Shown piece after piece: positions 22,683 to 36,900 of a stretch of 64,000 nt of DNA (within the stretch, counting starts at the first letter, position 1; each line of letters opens with the position of its first letter). Origin of the DNA: Lingula anatina (Eukaryota > Animalia > Brachiopoda). A program made the translations under genes and the position numbers. The DNA lies in the NCBI GenBank assembly GCA_051362555.1, contig CM120647.1, forward strand, positions 16,654,651-16,718,650, in the 5' to 3' direction. The notes beneath the pieces were generated by a model. That model had not been told where the DNA came from. It did not search any database and saw only the letters and a program-made list of their open reading frames with translations.

Positions 22683-25600
22683 ATGAATTATCTCACACAT
22701 TTGCGGAAGAGGATTTCTAGAAGTGTTGGAATTCGTCTGCTGCAGATGAACCAACAACCCCTGTTGTTACTTTGCTTGCTGTTCGCAGGTCTGGCAGGTG
22801 AGTAATCAAACGTTGCGTGTAAGTGACTTTGTCGGTAAACCTCAGATTTCTGTTTTTAATTTTACCTAACTTGTACAACCACAGCTGTACAATGTGTATG
22901 CACTGAGTGTTACACAGTGGTATATGAATGTTACCTCAGTTTGACACGCTTTTTTTACAAGTTTTAGCCTGATTTATATATCTTGAATCCCACTTGTTTT
23001 TAATTTAGTTATGGAAGTGAAATATTAAACAGAAAATTAAAAGTTATTGCTACAAAAGTTACAAATTGATTATAAGTGGGTTATTCCTGAATTTTCATAA
23101 TTATAATGATAATAATATATTTATCACAAGTCTTAATTCCAAATCTGTTCAGGAGACTTTGCAATACATTCAGTTATGTGCAGTACATATATATGTATGT
23201 CTATACATTAACAGGTTGACACCTGGTCATTAGATTCTGTGTTGACAATCTCACCTCCCTGGAGAGGATACAGGGGATCATGTGTCCAGTCACAGACTTT
23301 TAAGCACATAATATTTCTATTATAGTGAATGATTTTCTGTAACAATTGAAGTGTAACTTGACTTAAAACTTATTTATTCATTATTCAGAAAATAAAGACT
23401 TTGGGTTATTTATATTTGGATTATAGGAAATGATATGCTTAATGTCATCAGAAAACTGTTTACAAAAGGCAGACTTTTATACATACCTAACTATCTTCAT
23501 TTTGGTTATATGTGGTAAAGCACTGTCACTGTTTATGTCCTTTATTTGTAGTCTGCAAAGCCAATCTCTGTGAAGATGTCAACGAGGAGCAGCTGGAAAA
23601 AGCCATGAACTTCAGATCCTTGCCTAAAGGAGGCGCCAGCGCAGGGTACTACTCCAAAAACACAGAGGCGAAAGATTTAAAAGGATGCGTGTTAAGCTGC
23701 TGTCGCAAACCAACTTGTAATGTTGTGTTTTTACACAAGAAGACGTGTTTCCTTATTGAGTGCAATGCAACAGTCCCAGATGCTTGTGATCCTATGACGA
23801 CGGATACGCCAGAGTTTGAGTCAAGTTTGATGATACAGTTGCGGTCTGTAGGTGAGTGAAGTTGGCTGTTTTAATATCTTCTCCCTAGATGGCACTAGGG
23901 TAGCACTAGCAATTTTTTCTCTGAGCCAAACCAACTCTTTTTTTTTTTTTTTTGTTGCTTTGTTATCCAAATTAGACTAAAACAAGCCAAATCAAACAAA
24001 TTTGTTTAGCCATTTCAAGTTAGCATTTGGTTAAATTGGCGATTGTTAGTGCCGACCCAGTGGCATATATCTCAATGTGAGCCCAATGGGTAATGGATTA
24101 TGGCTGTCCGTAAAGGTAGCTCTGTTATGTCATAGCCATGCTGATAAGTTTTCAATCTCTCAAACTGTAGTGATATACAGAAAACTGAACCATTATGTGA
24201 AAAAGGCCTACTAGTAACTTTGTTACCTCAGGCCTTCTCCTTAGAAGCAGCAGAGATTTAAGAGTACACTTGTGGCATATTCTTACTCATAGTTTCTATT
24301 TTAGGCTGCCTGATTTGTGTGCTGATTGGATTGCTTTGATAAATGTGGTGTTCTTCACAAATCAGCATAATGGATCTCTTTATTTCTACTATTTGAGCGT
24401 GTATCTCTCTCTCTTAGAAAGCCTGATTGTGGGGTCAAATTGGTTTGTTATCACAGGTGTGGTGTCTCTCACAAGATGTTATGGAACTAGTTCATTGATT
24501 ATTAAAAGTGTAAAGCCCATTTCACAATTGAATGTTATTTATATATTTACAGTGCTAGTACCTGCATTGCAATTGTTTTGAGAGATTGGCAACTAAATAC
24601 TGTAGCCTGGTCATTACTCAGGTTACTAGTACTAGTAAGAGAGTCACTAAATGAATCCACCCAATATTTTTCCATAAATATAGTTTTACATCCTGTTAGG
24701 ACAAGTCAGAATGCTGAGTACTAATCTGATAAGTTCACTGCATATTGTAAAAAAAAAAACCTAGAAGGTTAAAGGTGGAGGCAAATCTGACATGCAACTG
24801 ATTTTTTTTTCTCAGCATGAACTGAGCAACATGTTAAACACATACTGCTATCTGTTCAATAAATCGTTCCATAAAGCAATTCCCAGCCTCTGAATTGCCA
24901 GACAACGCAAATGTCAGGCACTGCAATTGCTGGCCAGGGAATTTGCTTTTTATAACAGCTGGGGAGTTGCAGCATCAAACAGTGAATGTGTACCAGTATC
25001 TGTGTAGTGATCGCAACATTGAACAGTGAATATGTACATGTAGTTGTATAGTGATGGCAGTATCAACCACTCAGTAAATACTAGTATATGTACCAGTATA
25101 GTGATCACAGCATTGAACAGTAAATATGTACTAATGCTAGACACTGTATAGTGCTCACTGAAATATAAGATCTTTTATTCTTTTGGTATCCGATTTCAAA
25201 CAAGTTTGTACATAATATGTGAGGTACAAGTGTATATCACTACCTACTTGTAGGTATTTACTTTTGTATTGTGGCTTACAAGTCACAGCATTGAGCAATA
25301 TCAATGCATTGAAGGGAAACAGTTTTTTTCTCAAATGCAGTTTGTCATACTAGACACACTGTTCCCAGAGAGCCATCCAGCTGTCATTGGGCTGTAAATT
25401 AGCTTCCAAAGACAACAGGACAGCTTACAATACACATTTTTTGGGGGTTTGTTGGTTGGGCTTGCTTGGATTGGATTCTCTCTGAATCACACTTTCACAT
25501 CTTGGACTTTCTGTACCCCAAATCCTGGAGAACCCCCTACCTACTAATAAAATAGATGATCTAAAATAGAATGTAAATTCCTGTCCAGACATTTGTGTTT

Positions 25601-27999
25601 TGTGATCTAATGGGAGTTTCAGCGCAGAACCCATCAGAACTATGAAAATATCGATGCTATCCAAATAAAAGTCCACTTAGACTCGTTAATGTTTTAGCTG
25701 TTGTTTTAGATTAATTTTGCATTATCTATATAGATTTTACCTTCACGTTAGTTAAATTTTGATATGGTTTAAGTAAGTTGTAGTTCTGGTATTGATAGTG
25801 ACAAGTGAACTGAAAAGTTTGAGCAGTAAGAAAGGGGAGGTAATTAAGGCCTAGATGGTTGTTTTTTTGTAAGCTCAGGGGAGCCACAGTATTGAGCTAT
25901 GGAGATAATAATAGGTACTAATAAAGGACCTGATACTGTGAAATTATTCATTGGGTGAAGTATGTCTTTATCACTCACTAAAATGGAGCAAAGTTATTAT
26001 CCAAAAGTGAAAACCAATTTTTGGTTTATGTTTTATTTTTGTGAAATGTGTTCATTTTTATGTAATTTTTTTAGTAATTTTATTAATGGGATTTCAATTA
26101 AATGCCCACTCCCCTTTAAAAATGGAAACTTCCGCTTTCTCAGCCAGGGGTTAATTATATTATTTCCCAATGACCATCAAATTTTATTACTCTTAGTAGT
26201 TTGCCGAGTGATCTCCAAACACACAGTAGAGTTTGATGGGTGACTATCAGATTATATTGGATTTTTTCCCTCTATAGAGGAAAGCATTAAACAGTCCACA
26301 AAGCACTGTAATTGTATATTGTGTAACCAAATTAACTTCTGAGTAAAATCAATGATGTCTACAATGATAAATGTAAAACTCAGGCAAGGAGAAAGTAAAA
26401 CATTTTACCTGAGGATGAATATGGAACTTGAGCCAGTGTACAACAAAGGGCTCGTTCACAATAAAACTGTTGTTTTACACAGATCGATCCAACTCTGTGG
26501 GGACTCTTGTTGAATGCAATCAGGGCTCCATAACTTGAAAGCACCACGAATTGCCAACGAGCATATGCGCCTCTATTCCATAACTCAGCAATTATTCGCC
26601 CCATATAATAGCCTCGAAATGAAAGGTGATATCGCTATTGCAAGTCATAATGTATTTGAGTTACAGAGCCCAGATTCACAGCTTTATACGCCTCCCCCTG
26701 TTGTGAGTAGAATGCAGACAAGGTGGTGGTTATATGAGTGTGCTGGAAACGAGCTGTGTTAATCTGATTGCATTCAGCTAGCACCCCCACAGAGTTGGAT
26801 TGATCTAGATGTAGAGCGATGGTTTCATTGGGAATCAGCCCCAAGTTTGCTTTAAGAGAACAGTACTAGTACATTACAATGCTTTTTCCTGGGTAATCGA
26901 TTACCAACTTAGATAATCTAAAAGGATTTACACTTGATGTTGGAGAGAGCATATTTCAGAACAAAAGAGGGTTTGTGCTATGTTGTATACAAAGAGTCGA
27001 AGATGAGAAACACTTCCTCGTGGAATGACCCAGGGGTGGATCCAGAGATATTTTCTGTCAGTCTTCCAAATTATCTTTGTTGATCCATTCTCTATTTTGA
27101 CCATCTTCTAACAGAAAAAAAAATTAGATACCCCTAAATAAATTTGAAAAATTATGACCATCTTCTGCCTGTGACCTGCATGTCACATTACCAAAGAAAC
27201 AATGATAAACTCTTCTACATCACTCTGGCAGACAGTGTTGGTGAATTTTCTCTCCAGGACCTACTGATTTGTCCTCTGAGATCGCTGTAAAATAGGGGCT
27301 CTAAATCAGTAGGCAGGATCACACAAACTGCCACACAGAGGGAAGTCACTCCTCACCGATGATAAAAGTATGCTTTAATTACATACCCAATTTATTAGGT
27401 ATTAAGTTTTTTTAATCAACATTGTAGATGACCAGTAATTATCCTTCCTTAGGAACTAGAGCTGACACTGCCATCCAGTTGCTTCTCATAAAACAGTCTA
27501 AAGATTGTGATCTGTGTGCATTTTATTGATAGTGACAAATGCAGCAATTGGGCAGGATGAGTCTTATCTGTTGAAGTTATTTGACACCCAACCATTGAGA
27601 TTATTTAAATTAATTCAATTTTTGTCCAAATCTTCTTGTATTTGTAGACTTCCAATGTCTGCCAATAGTTAATAATGGGAATTGCCATATTTTATGTCTG
27701 AAGTATAGAACCGTGATGTTTTATATTGTCTCATATTATACCTAAAATTAATTTAACCTTCCCATACATGTTATTAATGATTTATATACCTGTGTAAATA
27801 CCTGTGCAGTCTTCGTCTTTTTGTTTCTTATTTGACTGATAATCACAGTGTACGCACTAAATGCGGGAGATAAGATTGCTGCGTTTTCCCGATTTTATCA
27901 TATCTTACCTCTTTATCAGGTGAATTATGGGGTGTTTCCAGTCAACATGGGTGGACCTTACTTAGTACAAAAGATTCTAAGATATTTGATTGCAGTGTG

Positions 28000-28035
<36 letters not shown>

Positions 28036-29295
28036 TGTGTGTATGTGGGACTGTATATTAATGATTATGCGTATATGTATGTGTCTGTAATAGTATGACT
28101 ATATGTGTATGTTTGTTTATTTGTGCATGTGCCTGTGTGTGTGTGTGTGTTTGTGTGTGTATGTGCGACTGTATGTTAATGATTATGCGTATATGTATGT
28201 GGCTGTAATAGTATGACTATATGTGTATGTTTGTTTATTTGTGCATGTGTGTGTGTGTATGTGTGTGTGTGTGTGCAAACTAGGAAGTGCTTGTCAGTCG
28301 ACGAGAAATGGCAAATATTGTCACAACAGATATCTTCATCCTTAGAATATTGCAAACTTAATTAATCCATCCTAAATTCATTTTGATTTGATTTAATTTG
28401 AGTTGACATGACGTTATTACCAATTTGGTTTTATTTTGTGTACTGCAGATGTGTGGGTGCACTACGTCATGCTGGGAGATATTTTTTATAAACGTAATAT
28501 AAGTCAATAGCAGATCTAACATATCTGGAATGGGAAGACGATGGCTATTAAATGCTTTCACAAGGAAATTATCTGCTATTTGTCTTAATCAAGGTGTTTA
28601 AGAGAAAGTGGATGAAATGCTGTTGAAATGAATGTCAGGAGAAAGTTTTATAACGCTTGGGGGGGGGGGGGGATATAAAAGTAGAAATTCTGAGAGTTAT
28701 ATTAACAGTAGCAACATGACGACAAGTAATTACAGTTGGTGTCAAACTATGAATAAAGAACGGTTTTTCAAAGCCACTTGTCTACAGGTTTGGACAAATG
28801 TAAATTTCTGACAGTGTTTTTAACTACAGACTAGAAGTACAGAAAGTCTTTTGAATAAATACAATTCTTTTCGTTTCCCTTAACACTTTCAAACCCGTGT
28901 TGTGTCATTGTGGTAAATTTTCATGACAACATGACATTAAGGAGTGTGTTATCCACAGTTCATCTCTACTCAGCAGTCTGTGGTCTGTGTTATTTATTGT
29001 GGATAGGTCATCTGTCACCCCTTGTTTACTTCATGTTGACTTCTTTTACATAGAGTTAGGGACCATTCCCACAGATATTTGGATCCATCTGTCAGGTGTT
29101 ACAGGCATTTAAGCTGGTTAAGACTAATAAGTTGATAGCAATGTAGTAAGACTCCCCAGGGAGTAAGACCGATCCAGATGGATCAATGTATGCATGGGAA
29201 CCCAGTCTCAAACTTGGTTTAGATGAAAGGGCGTCTGACAAAATGAATTTTGTTAGTTACTTTCAACTCTTGCTCCCTCTGCTTCTTCTTCTTCG

Positions 29296-29367
<72 letters not shown>

Positions 29368-29563
29368 CATGCATATGATATCTTACACAGTCGATAGCTC
29401 TCTTTCTCTCTCTTTGTATATATATATATATAATACCTGTAAATCATGCTAAGCACATAGTCTGCCACTTTTATAGGTAGCAGCTGTCTTGTTTACATCT
29501 GAATTATCTAATTGTATGCACTTAAAATGATTGAATATCAAACGTGTGTCATGCAACTCTGTG

Positions 29564-29616
<53 letters not shown>

Positions 29617-30930
29617 AAGGAATTGCTACTAAGGATTTAGCCAGGATTTTGAAACAGGTGCACTGAAGTACATTTTCTAACAGAGACATGTCATCTAGGC
29701 TTCATATGCTTCAATAATAAAAATAAAGAACATGGGTGTCAGAATTATGATAGGGAGTCCTAAAGATTGTTCCGTAGTTGCCTGGCTAATTTAAGGCCCT
29801 GATAATAAGGCTGAGTAAGACCAGAGCTGGCACATCTGGGAACCTTCTCTGTTTGGTCATACTGAGGAAAATGTTATATATCATTGTCTAGGTGTTACAT
29901 TATAACCCCATTCCCATAGATTTTAGATCGATCTATCCCTGTGGGGAGTCTCACTAGATTACTGTCAGCTTAGCCAGCTTAAGCGTCTGTCCCGCCTACT
30001 GAAAGCTGTAAGGGGGTAATTAACTATGGTGCACACTCGGCTGACTACAACTTAATGTGAACCCCCAGGGAGTTAGGTCGATCTAAATCTTAATCCCTGG
30101 ATCGATCTAAATCTCTGGAAATACACCCTATGACACCCCCACCTCACACCACTTCTCAAAGAAAACCTTGTGAAGGCTGAGTTATTGTCTGAAAAACTAC
30201 TATGTGTACGTACTGTACTGTAAATCTCAAGACAGTTTTTTAAATCAGAGTCACTGTTATTATTGAATAATTGTTATCCCCTCTCACTTTCTCCCATCTC
30301 ACCCCTGTGTGCAAGTAATATTACTTCTAGTTTGTTATAATAACATGTGAATGTATTTTTTTTTTTTTACAGATGAAACAAATATAGTAAAGGAAGAAGC
30401 AACCCCCAGCACTACCCCATCTGACCAATTACAAAGTGAGCAAACAACATCAGCTGACACTATCAGCCAATCAAATCCACAGTCAACTATAAGCCAATCA
30501 GGTGACAACAGTTCAGAATTAACTGACCAATCAGGAGAAGGGAAAAGGCGGAAAGATCTGTCTTGTATTTTTGGGATTGACGAGTGTGAAAAGAATGAGG
30601 AGTGTGTATTAAAAAATGGCCGTGCACGTCTCGGGAAGTGTAATTGTAAAGATGGCTTTTCTAGGGATGAGGCGACCCAATTCTGTGAAATCGGTACATC
30701 AGGTACAGATGGGTCTTATTTTATTTCAATTCGATGCTTTTGGTTTGGTGCTCTTTAATTTGAATCTTACTAAACATTTCAGATCCAAAGTAGAATCTTA
30801 AGCAAGCGTTCACACTGTTGGGGTGCTTTAGATCTTAGAATTTTTTTGATGTCATGGTGGCTGGTTATTTAATTCTCACTTGCGACCAAGACACAGGTGT
30901 ATTTTTGGTCACATTCTGTTTTTGCTTGTC

Positions 30931-30961
<31 letters not shown>

Positions 30962-33900
30962 GCAAGGTAGTGATGTCACATGCTTTTGTCAGAAATTTGA
31001 GATTTGGAGTCCATATTTTCTTATTTAGACTGTCTAGGTTCCATATGATCCAGCGATAAATTGGCAGCTGCCTGGCAAATACCCCAGGTCACATACACAT
31101 TGCTTTTACTTGTTTCAGATTTTTTTTTCTTTGCAGAAAGAAGACGCACACATTTTTCTATTTGTCTAATGCTTGGGTTGTCACATTTGTCTAATTCTTG
31201 GTTTTGGTTGTTTGGTGAAGTTTCCACCATCTGCTGCTTTCCGTGTAGATGTAGTATAATAGTAGTGGAGGGGATTTGTCTCAACTACCACAATGGACTG
31301 GTTTTACACTAACATCTCTAGCAGTAGGAGGTTCTCCATCTTTTTAGAACTAACACAATGGCACATGTATACATTTCTGGGCACAACATTTAGTGTGTTT
31401 TGCTTATAGATAGAATTTTAGTTTGGGTCTCCTAATACATCAAGTTCTATATTAATTCAATAGAAATAAGAAGATAATGTAATTTGATATTTAGAATATT
31501 TTACTATTTGAATTGCTAAAACAACTTTTGCTTGAAACAAATGATTTTGGAAATTTTTTGAATATTGAATTATCACATTGTGAAATGTTATTGTATTTTG
31601 CCCATTAAATTTGAGATGTTAAAGACATTATGGAGTAATACAATATGACATTTCTTTGTGTTAATCATAAAACATAATCAGAATTGATATCCTCCCTGAA
31701 AATATAAAAGGATAAAAAGAATTTTTTTTCTGGAATGAAAATTACAAGTTAAAATATATAAAAAAATATTATCTAATCTGTTTCAGGTTCTACAGAACCT
31801 ACTCCTACAAGTTCTGACACAGGAAGTAGCAACTCGGAACCATCTTCATCGACATTATCAGTGAGTAGATTTGATATCGTGGTGATAACCACTTCACTTA
31901 TTAATGAGCAGGAAGACCCCATCAATTAACCCAGCCTTCGCTGGGATATTGGTCATTAGGTCGTCAGGAAAGCTAGAATTAATATCGACATGGAGTGGGT
32001 GTTTGGATAATTTGTGTCTATTGTGTAGGATATTGGTGTCCGGTTACCTTTGGATATTTTTTTACCTGAGTGTTTATTGGAAAGATATTTTTATTCCTTG
32101 GCGGATGATGAGAACAAAAGACGCAGATGTGGTGAATCTAGCAGACATGAGTGTGTCTGAGTCCATTGTTCATGATGTCCATTGTGTTATAAATTACATA
32201 CTTAGGGTCTTCATCAGCAAGGTGAATGCTGTGTTTACTTGTCAGTGTACTTCACACTGTGGTGTATTTATTACCAAAAAAAATAGATTGGCAGATGTTC
32301 TTAAAGAGTCGGATTAATAATGTAATCTTGTACTATAAGAACCAGTTAAGAAGAGAATTTGATGTATTAAACCATGTTTAAAGATTGCACATATGATTCT
32401 ATAAATTATTATTAAAAAATAATAACAAATGGCATCCAAAAATTAATCTCAAATTTTCTTTGTCTTAAAAGCTAATGAGAGACAACAACTTAAAATGATA
32501 GAAATGTTTAATTGTGCAAGAATATAAGTACTTTCTATGCTCTAAAACAATGTGATTATGTTAGGCTTTAATATGTTTGACCTTTCATCTGCTTAAATTG
32601 GACATTTATGTCAGGATGTCTAGATGATGTCCTTGTGGCTGTATGGCAAAATTTTTATGTTTATTTCAGACTGGTCAAATTGACCCAGCATTATTGCACG
32701 GAAATTGTGTTTTAATTTTTCCAATTGCATGATAATTAGTATATATAGTAGACCCCTATATCTGCTGTGGAGTGATATATGGTGTTTTTTTTTTCTTTTT
32801 TTTTTTGCTCAGATGACTTAATGCATTTTGTCACCTTTTGTATTTTTGTTTATTTTGTGTAATTATAGACAAGGTTCAAATGACAAATATTTTAAAAATT
32901 GTAATTAAAGCTTAAAGGTACATACGAACCGAGCATCGGTGGAGTGTGGATTCCTAGTAACACATGTAAACCACTTCTACTAGATTCTTATATGACTCAA
33001 ATAATTTCGACATGCCAAGGGATAAACTGAATAGATCACTCGATCGGCCATAAAAGACCTTTAGACTGCTCCTTTCTTTAAATTTATGGTTGTAAATTTA
33101 ACCTACTTCCGTGACCTACTTTCCTGCCCCATTGACATACAGCTTAGAATGCCAGCAGAAAAATCTGTTCAAACATCACTTTGGGGTAAAATTAAACAAT
33201 GCCTTTTGGTAATTCTCTTAGTTATACTACTTGTAACTATATGCTGGCATTTGGTTGGTTTTTGTGACAAAAAATTGACTTTGTATGCATCTTTAAGGAA
33301 ATGTCAAATATCTATCTGACACTGTCTACAATTTGGCATTAATTTGATATGAAAAGGTAAATTGACTATGCACAAGTTATGTGTACTGTATATACTTGAG
33401 TAGCATCCATGCCATCTGCCAAATTATTGTTGCTGCCTCATAACAGACACTAAAGATACTAAAACAATTAGCTGCTTTAATTAATTATTTACCTCCCTCC
33501 CCTCCCCACCCCCCCACCCCCCCAAAAAAAAAAAAAAAATTCTGAAATTTACATTTAATTTCACTGATTTTTATTTACAAAATCTTAAGGCTGTATCCAT
33601 CATTTGTCCTTACCACAAGACTTAGGGATGTTTATATACAATCTTGCATAATTTATTAAAATAGATGCTATTTAAGATGAAAGGAAGGCTGTAGAATACC
33701 AGCATCCTGAAGTGAATTCAGAACCATTTACTCTAAAACCATTTTTACATTAAGGGGCCCTTGAGATGAGTTAGTGCGTATAAATTCTGAGGGGACTCTT
33801 GCTGAATACAATCAGATTAACAGACTATCATGCCTACTGGTGTTGAGTAAAGTACAGAAAAGCTGGTGATTATGCAGGTGGGATGAAAATGAGAGGAGGC

Positions 33901-36900
33901 ATATTAGGGACCATTCCCACAGATACTTGGATCGATCTATCTCCCTGGGGAGTCTCACTAAATTGCTGTCAACTTGGCTGGCTTAAATGTCTGTCACGCC
34001 TAAAAAGCTGTTAGGGGGTAATTATCTTTATCCTAGCTGATTCGGTAGGCCTGACAGACATTTAAGCCAATTAGTTGATAACAATTCAATGAGACTCCCC
34101 AGGGAGTTACATCGATCCAGATGGATCGATCTATGTATGGGATCCTAGTTTTAATTTATTTATCTGAGTTCTCTGAGAAGTAAGAATGCACATGGACCAA
34201 ACTCATCCTGAACATCCCCTAACCCTCAGCAAAGTGGAGCTTGATTGCATTTCCCACCTCCCTTTCTATTAAGCCAGAGCTGCACTTTAATTCCTCAGGT
34301 GGTTTACAGCTGAGCTGGTGGCTCTGGGCTAACTGTAGTTAGGGAAAAATTGAGACAAACACCTTAAACCAATTAGAAGTCAGCTCTTATGGAAAAAGTA
34401 AAATATTGCAGTGCTTATCAACAAATTTATCATTGATGTACCTTGAAATATTTAATCAGATTGGCATATAGTGTCCAAAATTTAATTACTTGTAATGATT
34501 TCTAATCTTGGAAAATCAAGTCAACTAATTATGTTATTATTCATTATTTATTGGTGAGATATTGCAGTATAAATACAGCGAGTCAGTTGTCGTTATTATC
34601 GTTTCTGAAATGGTGAAACCGATGTGAATGCGTCCCACAAACCATCATGCTGGTATGCTAACTGTGTGGATCTGTATGAATTAAAAACCCAATGTCAAGT
34701 TAATTGGAACAGCAGGTGCCTTTTCTAAGATGAAAACCAGTCTGTTATTATCATAACATGAAGATCAAATCATGGAAGAAGAGACCAGGGGAGAAGAATG
34801 CGGCTTCTTGACATTAAGAACCCTGTTGTTTATTTTACAGACAACAACAGTAGCAGCACTTGCAGCAGCAACAGTGACATTGCCATTGAGTGTTAATGCC
34901 AGTTCTACTGCAGTAAATGTGTCAACAACAACACTGCCGACAACAACATGTGAGTATTTGTGTTCTTGTCACTGATCAGTGTGAAATATACATTGGTAAT
35001 TGTTTGAGCTGATACAGGGGATTGTTTCACAGTAAGACAAAATTCATTGGGCTTAGCTTAGACTGCCGAAATCAGATAGTCAGCTGTTCCTTTAAAAAAT
35101 GGTCTAATTTATTTATTTATTTATTTTTTTATTATTCTGTTGTAAAAAAAAAAAGGATTGAAGTTATCTGAATTTGTATTATTTGCTCATACAAAAGAGG
35201 AAATTTTAAAGCTTCCTCTTTACTCATCCCTGATTATATATAAAAGGAATATATTGAATTTGACAGCAATAATGAATACTTTGATTAAGTGTTTAGAAAT
35301 ATTTGAAGAAATAGGAAATAACAGATTAAAGGAATGATTTTCCTTTCTTTGTATTTATAAGATTACAGAGAAGTCGTGATGAAAAAAAGAGGCATGGTCT
35401 TTATTAAAAGGATTTCAAATAAAGACCTGATTTTCTCAAATTATGATTTTCATTATTATCATTATAATGTTTTAGCACTCTCAAATCTCAGCCTTAATTT
35501 CACTGATAAGATTTGACAATATTGATGAACGCTTTGATAAAAATATGTGCTGTGGGTGTGAGGGAATGAAAATAAAAATCAGAAGGAAGATTTATTTATT
35601 CCTGATGATTTTTAATAAGATTGTAGAAAGCTAAAGATGGGTAAAGTGGAATGTCTTTTATTGGAAAAATTCATTTAGCAAAACCACACTTAACCAAGTG
35701 GGTTGTGGATGTTAAATGATGACGTCAATCAAAATATTTTTAATACCAATAATCAAAGAAATAAAGTATCTAATTTAATATCAATGTCAAAATGTCACTG
35801 TGCGTCAAAATGTCGCTATCTCTGACATATTTTGACGTAAATCAAGATAATTCTGATACCAGTAATGCAAATACAAAGCCCTAAGAACGGTGGCAAATTG
35901 GTGCTTGAGGAATAGCACAAGTGAAACCTTTATTATGTGAGATTTAACTGATGGGTAGTTGCTGGGGACTATTGAATGTGTTGTATGTACAGTAATTAAG
36001 TTTTTGAGTGCAGATGGAGTTGGGTTCTATTTTTCTTGCAGTGACCAATAGTTGATTGTTGTAATTAGTATCTAATAAAAATTGCACCACGTACTAATGC
36101 ACATCTAGCAAAGCAATACATTTAGTATATTATACATAAAACACTGCACTATCATCATTGAAGTTGCTCTAGTGAAGATTGACAGTATGCATACTTCCTT
36201 AAAACTCGTATGTATTTGCTTTAAATGTTTTTTATTTAATGTACACTTGTATATATTTTTAATTAATTATATAAATATATATTGAAATTCACTGTTTTTA
36301 TTTACTCCGCATATTTCTTTTTTTTCCATATATTTTAATTTTGATTCTATAAACTGTTAATAAAATCTGTCAAATTTTTTCATACAGTTAAGGTTATAAT
36401 TATTATTATTATTATTATTATTATTGATTAAAGCCCCAGGGGCCAGGTTAATCAAAGATTATCAATTTGATTTACATCATTTGTGACCCCTCTCTCTCCT
36501 CCCAAACTTCCCAAAATCTTGTTTGATTATTTGCCAAGTCCAGAGACTATGTGCAATCTGCAAGGAATTCCCAACCTACCTCCATTCAATTTTTATGTGC
36601 ATTTAAGACTGCATGCTTATGTAGCATGATTGATATAATTGTGCTTTGCCTGTCTGTTTTCAAACTTATGTCACAGAACATTGCAATATGTATGAGACAA
36701 TGCTATGATAGTCACATAGGGACCATTCCCACAGATATTTGGATCAATCTATCTCCATGGGGAGCCTCACTAAGTTACTATCAACTGAACCGGCTTAAAT
36801 GTCTGTCACACCTAGTAAAACTGTTAGGGGGTAATTATCTTTACCCCCTGGCTGATTCGGTAGGCATGACAGACATTTTAGCTGGTTAAGTTGATAGTAA

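Noticed and set aside
31904-32317. 137-aa intronic ORF
   Set aside because: No domain-like features or convincing splice context; lies just inside a KIAA0319L intron.
32932-33063. Kolobok-like element (TTAAAGGT...ACCTTTAG)
   Set aside because: Inverted match of only a few bases and no second copy in the window.
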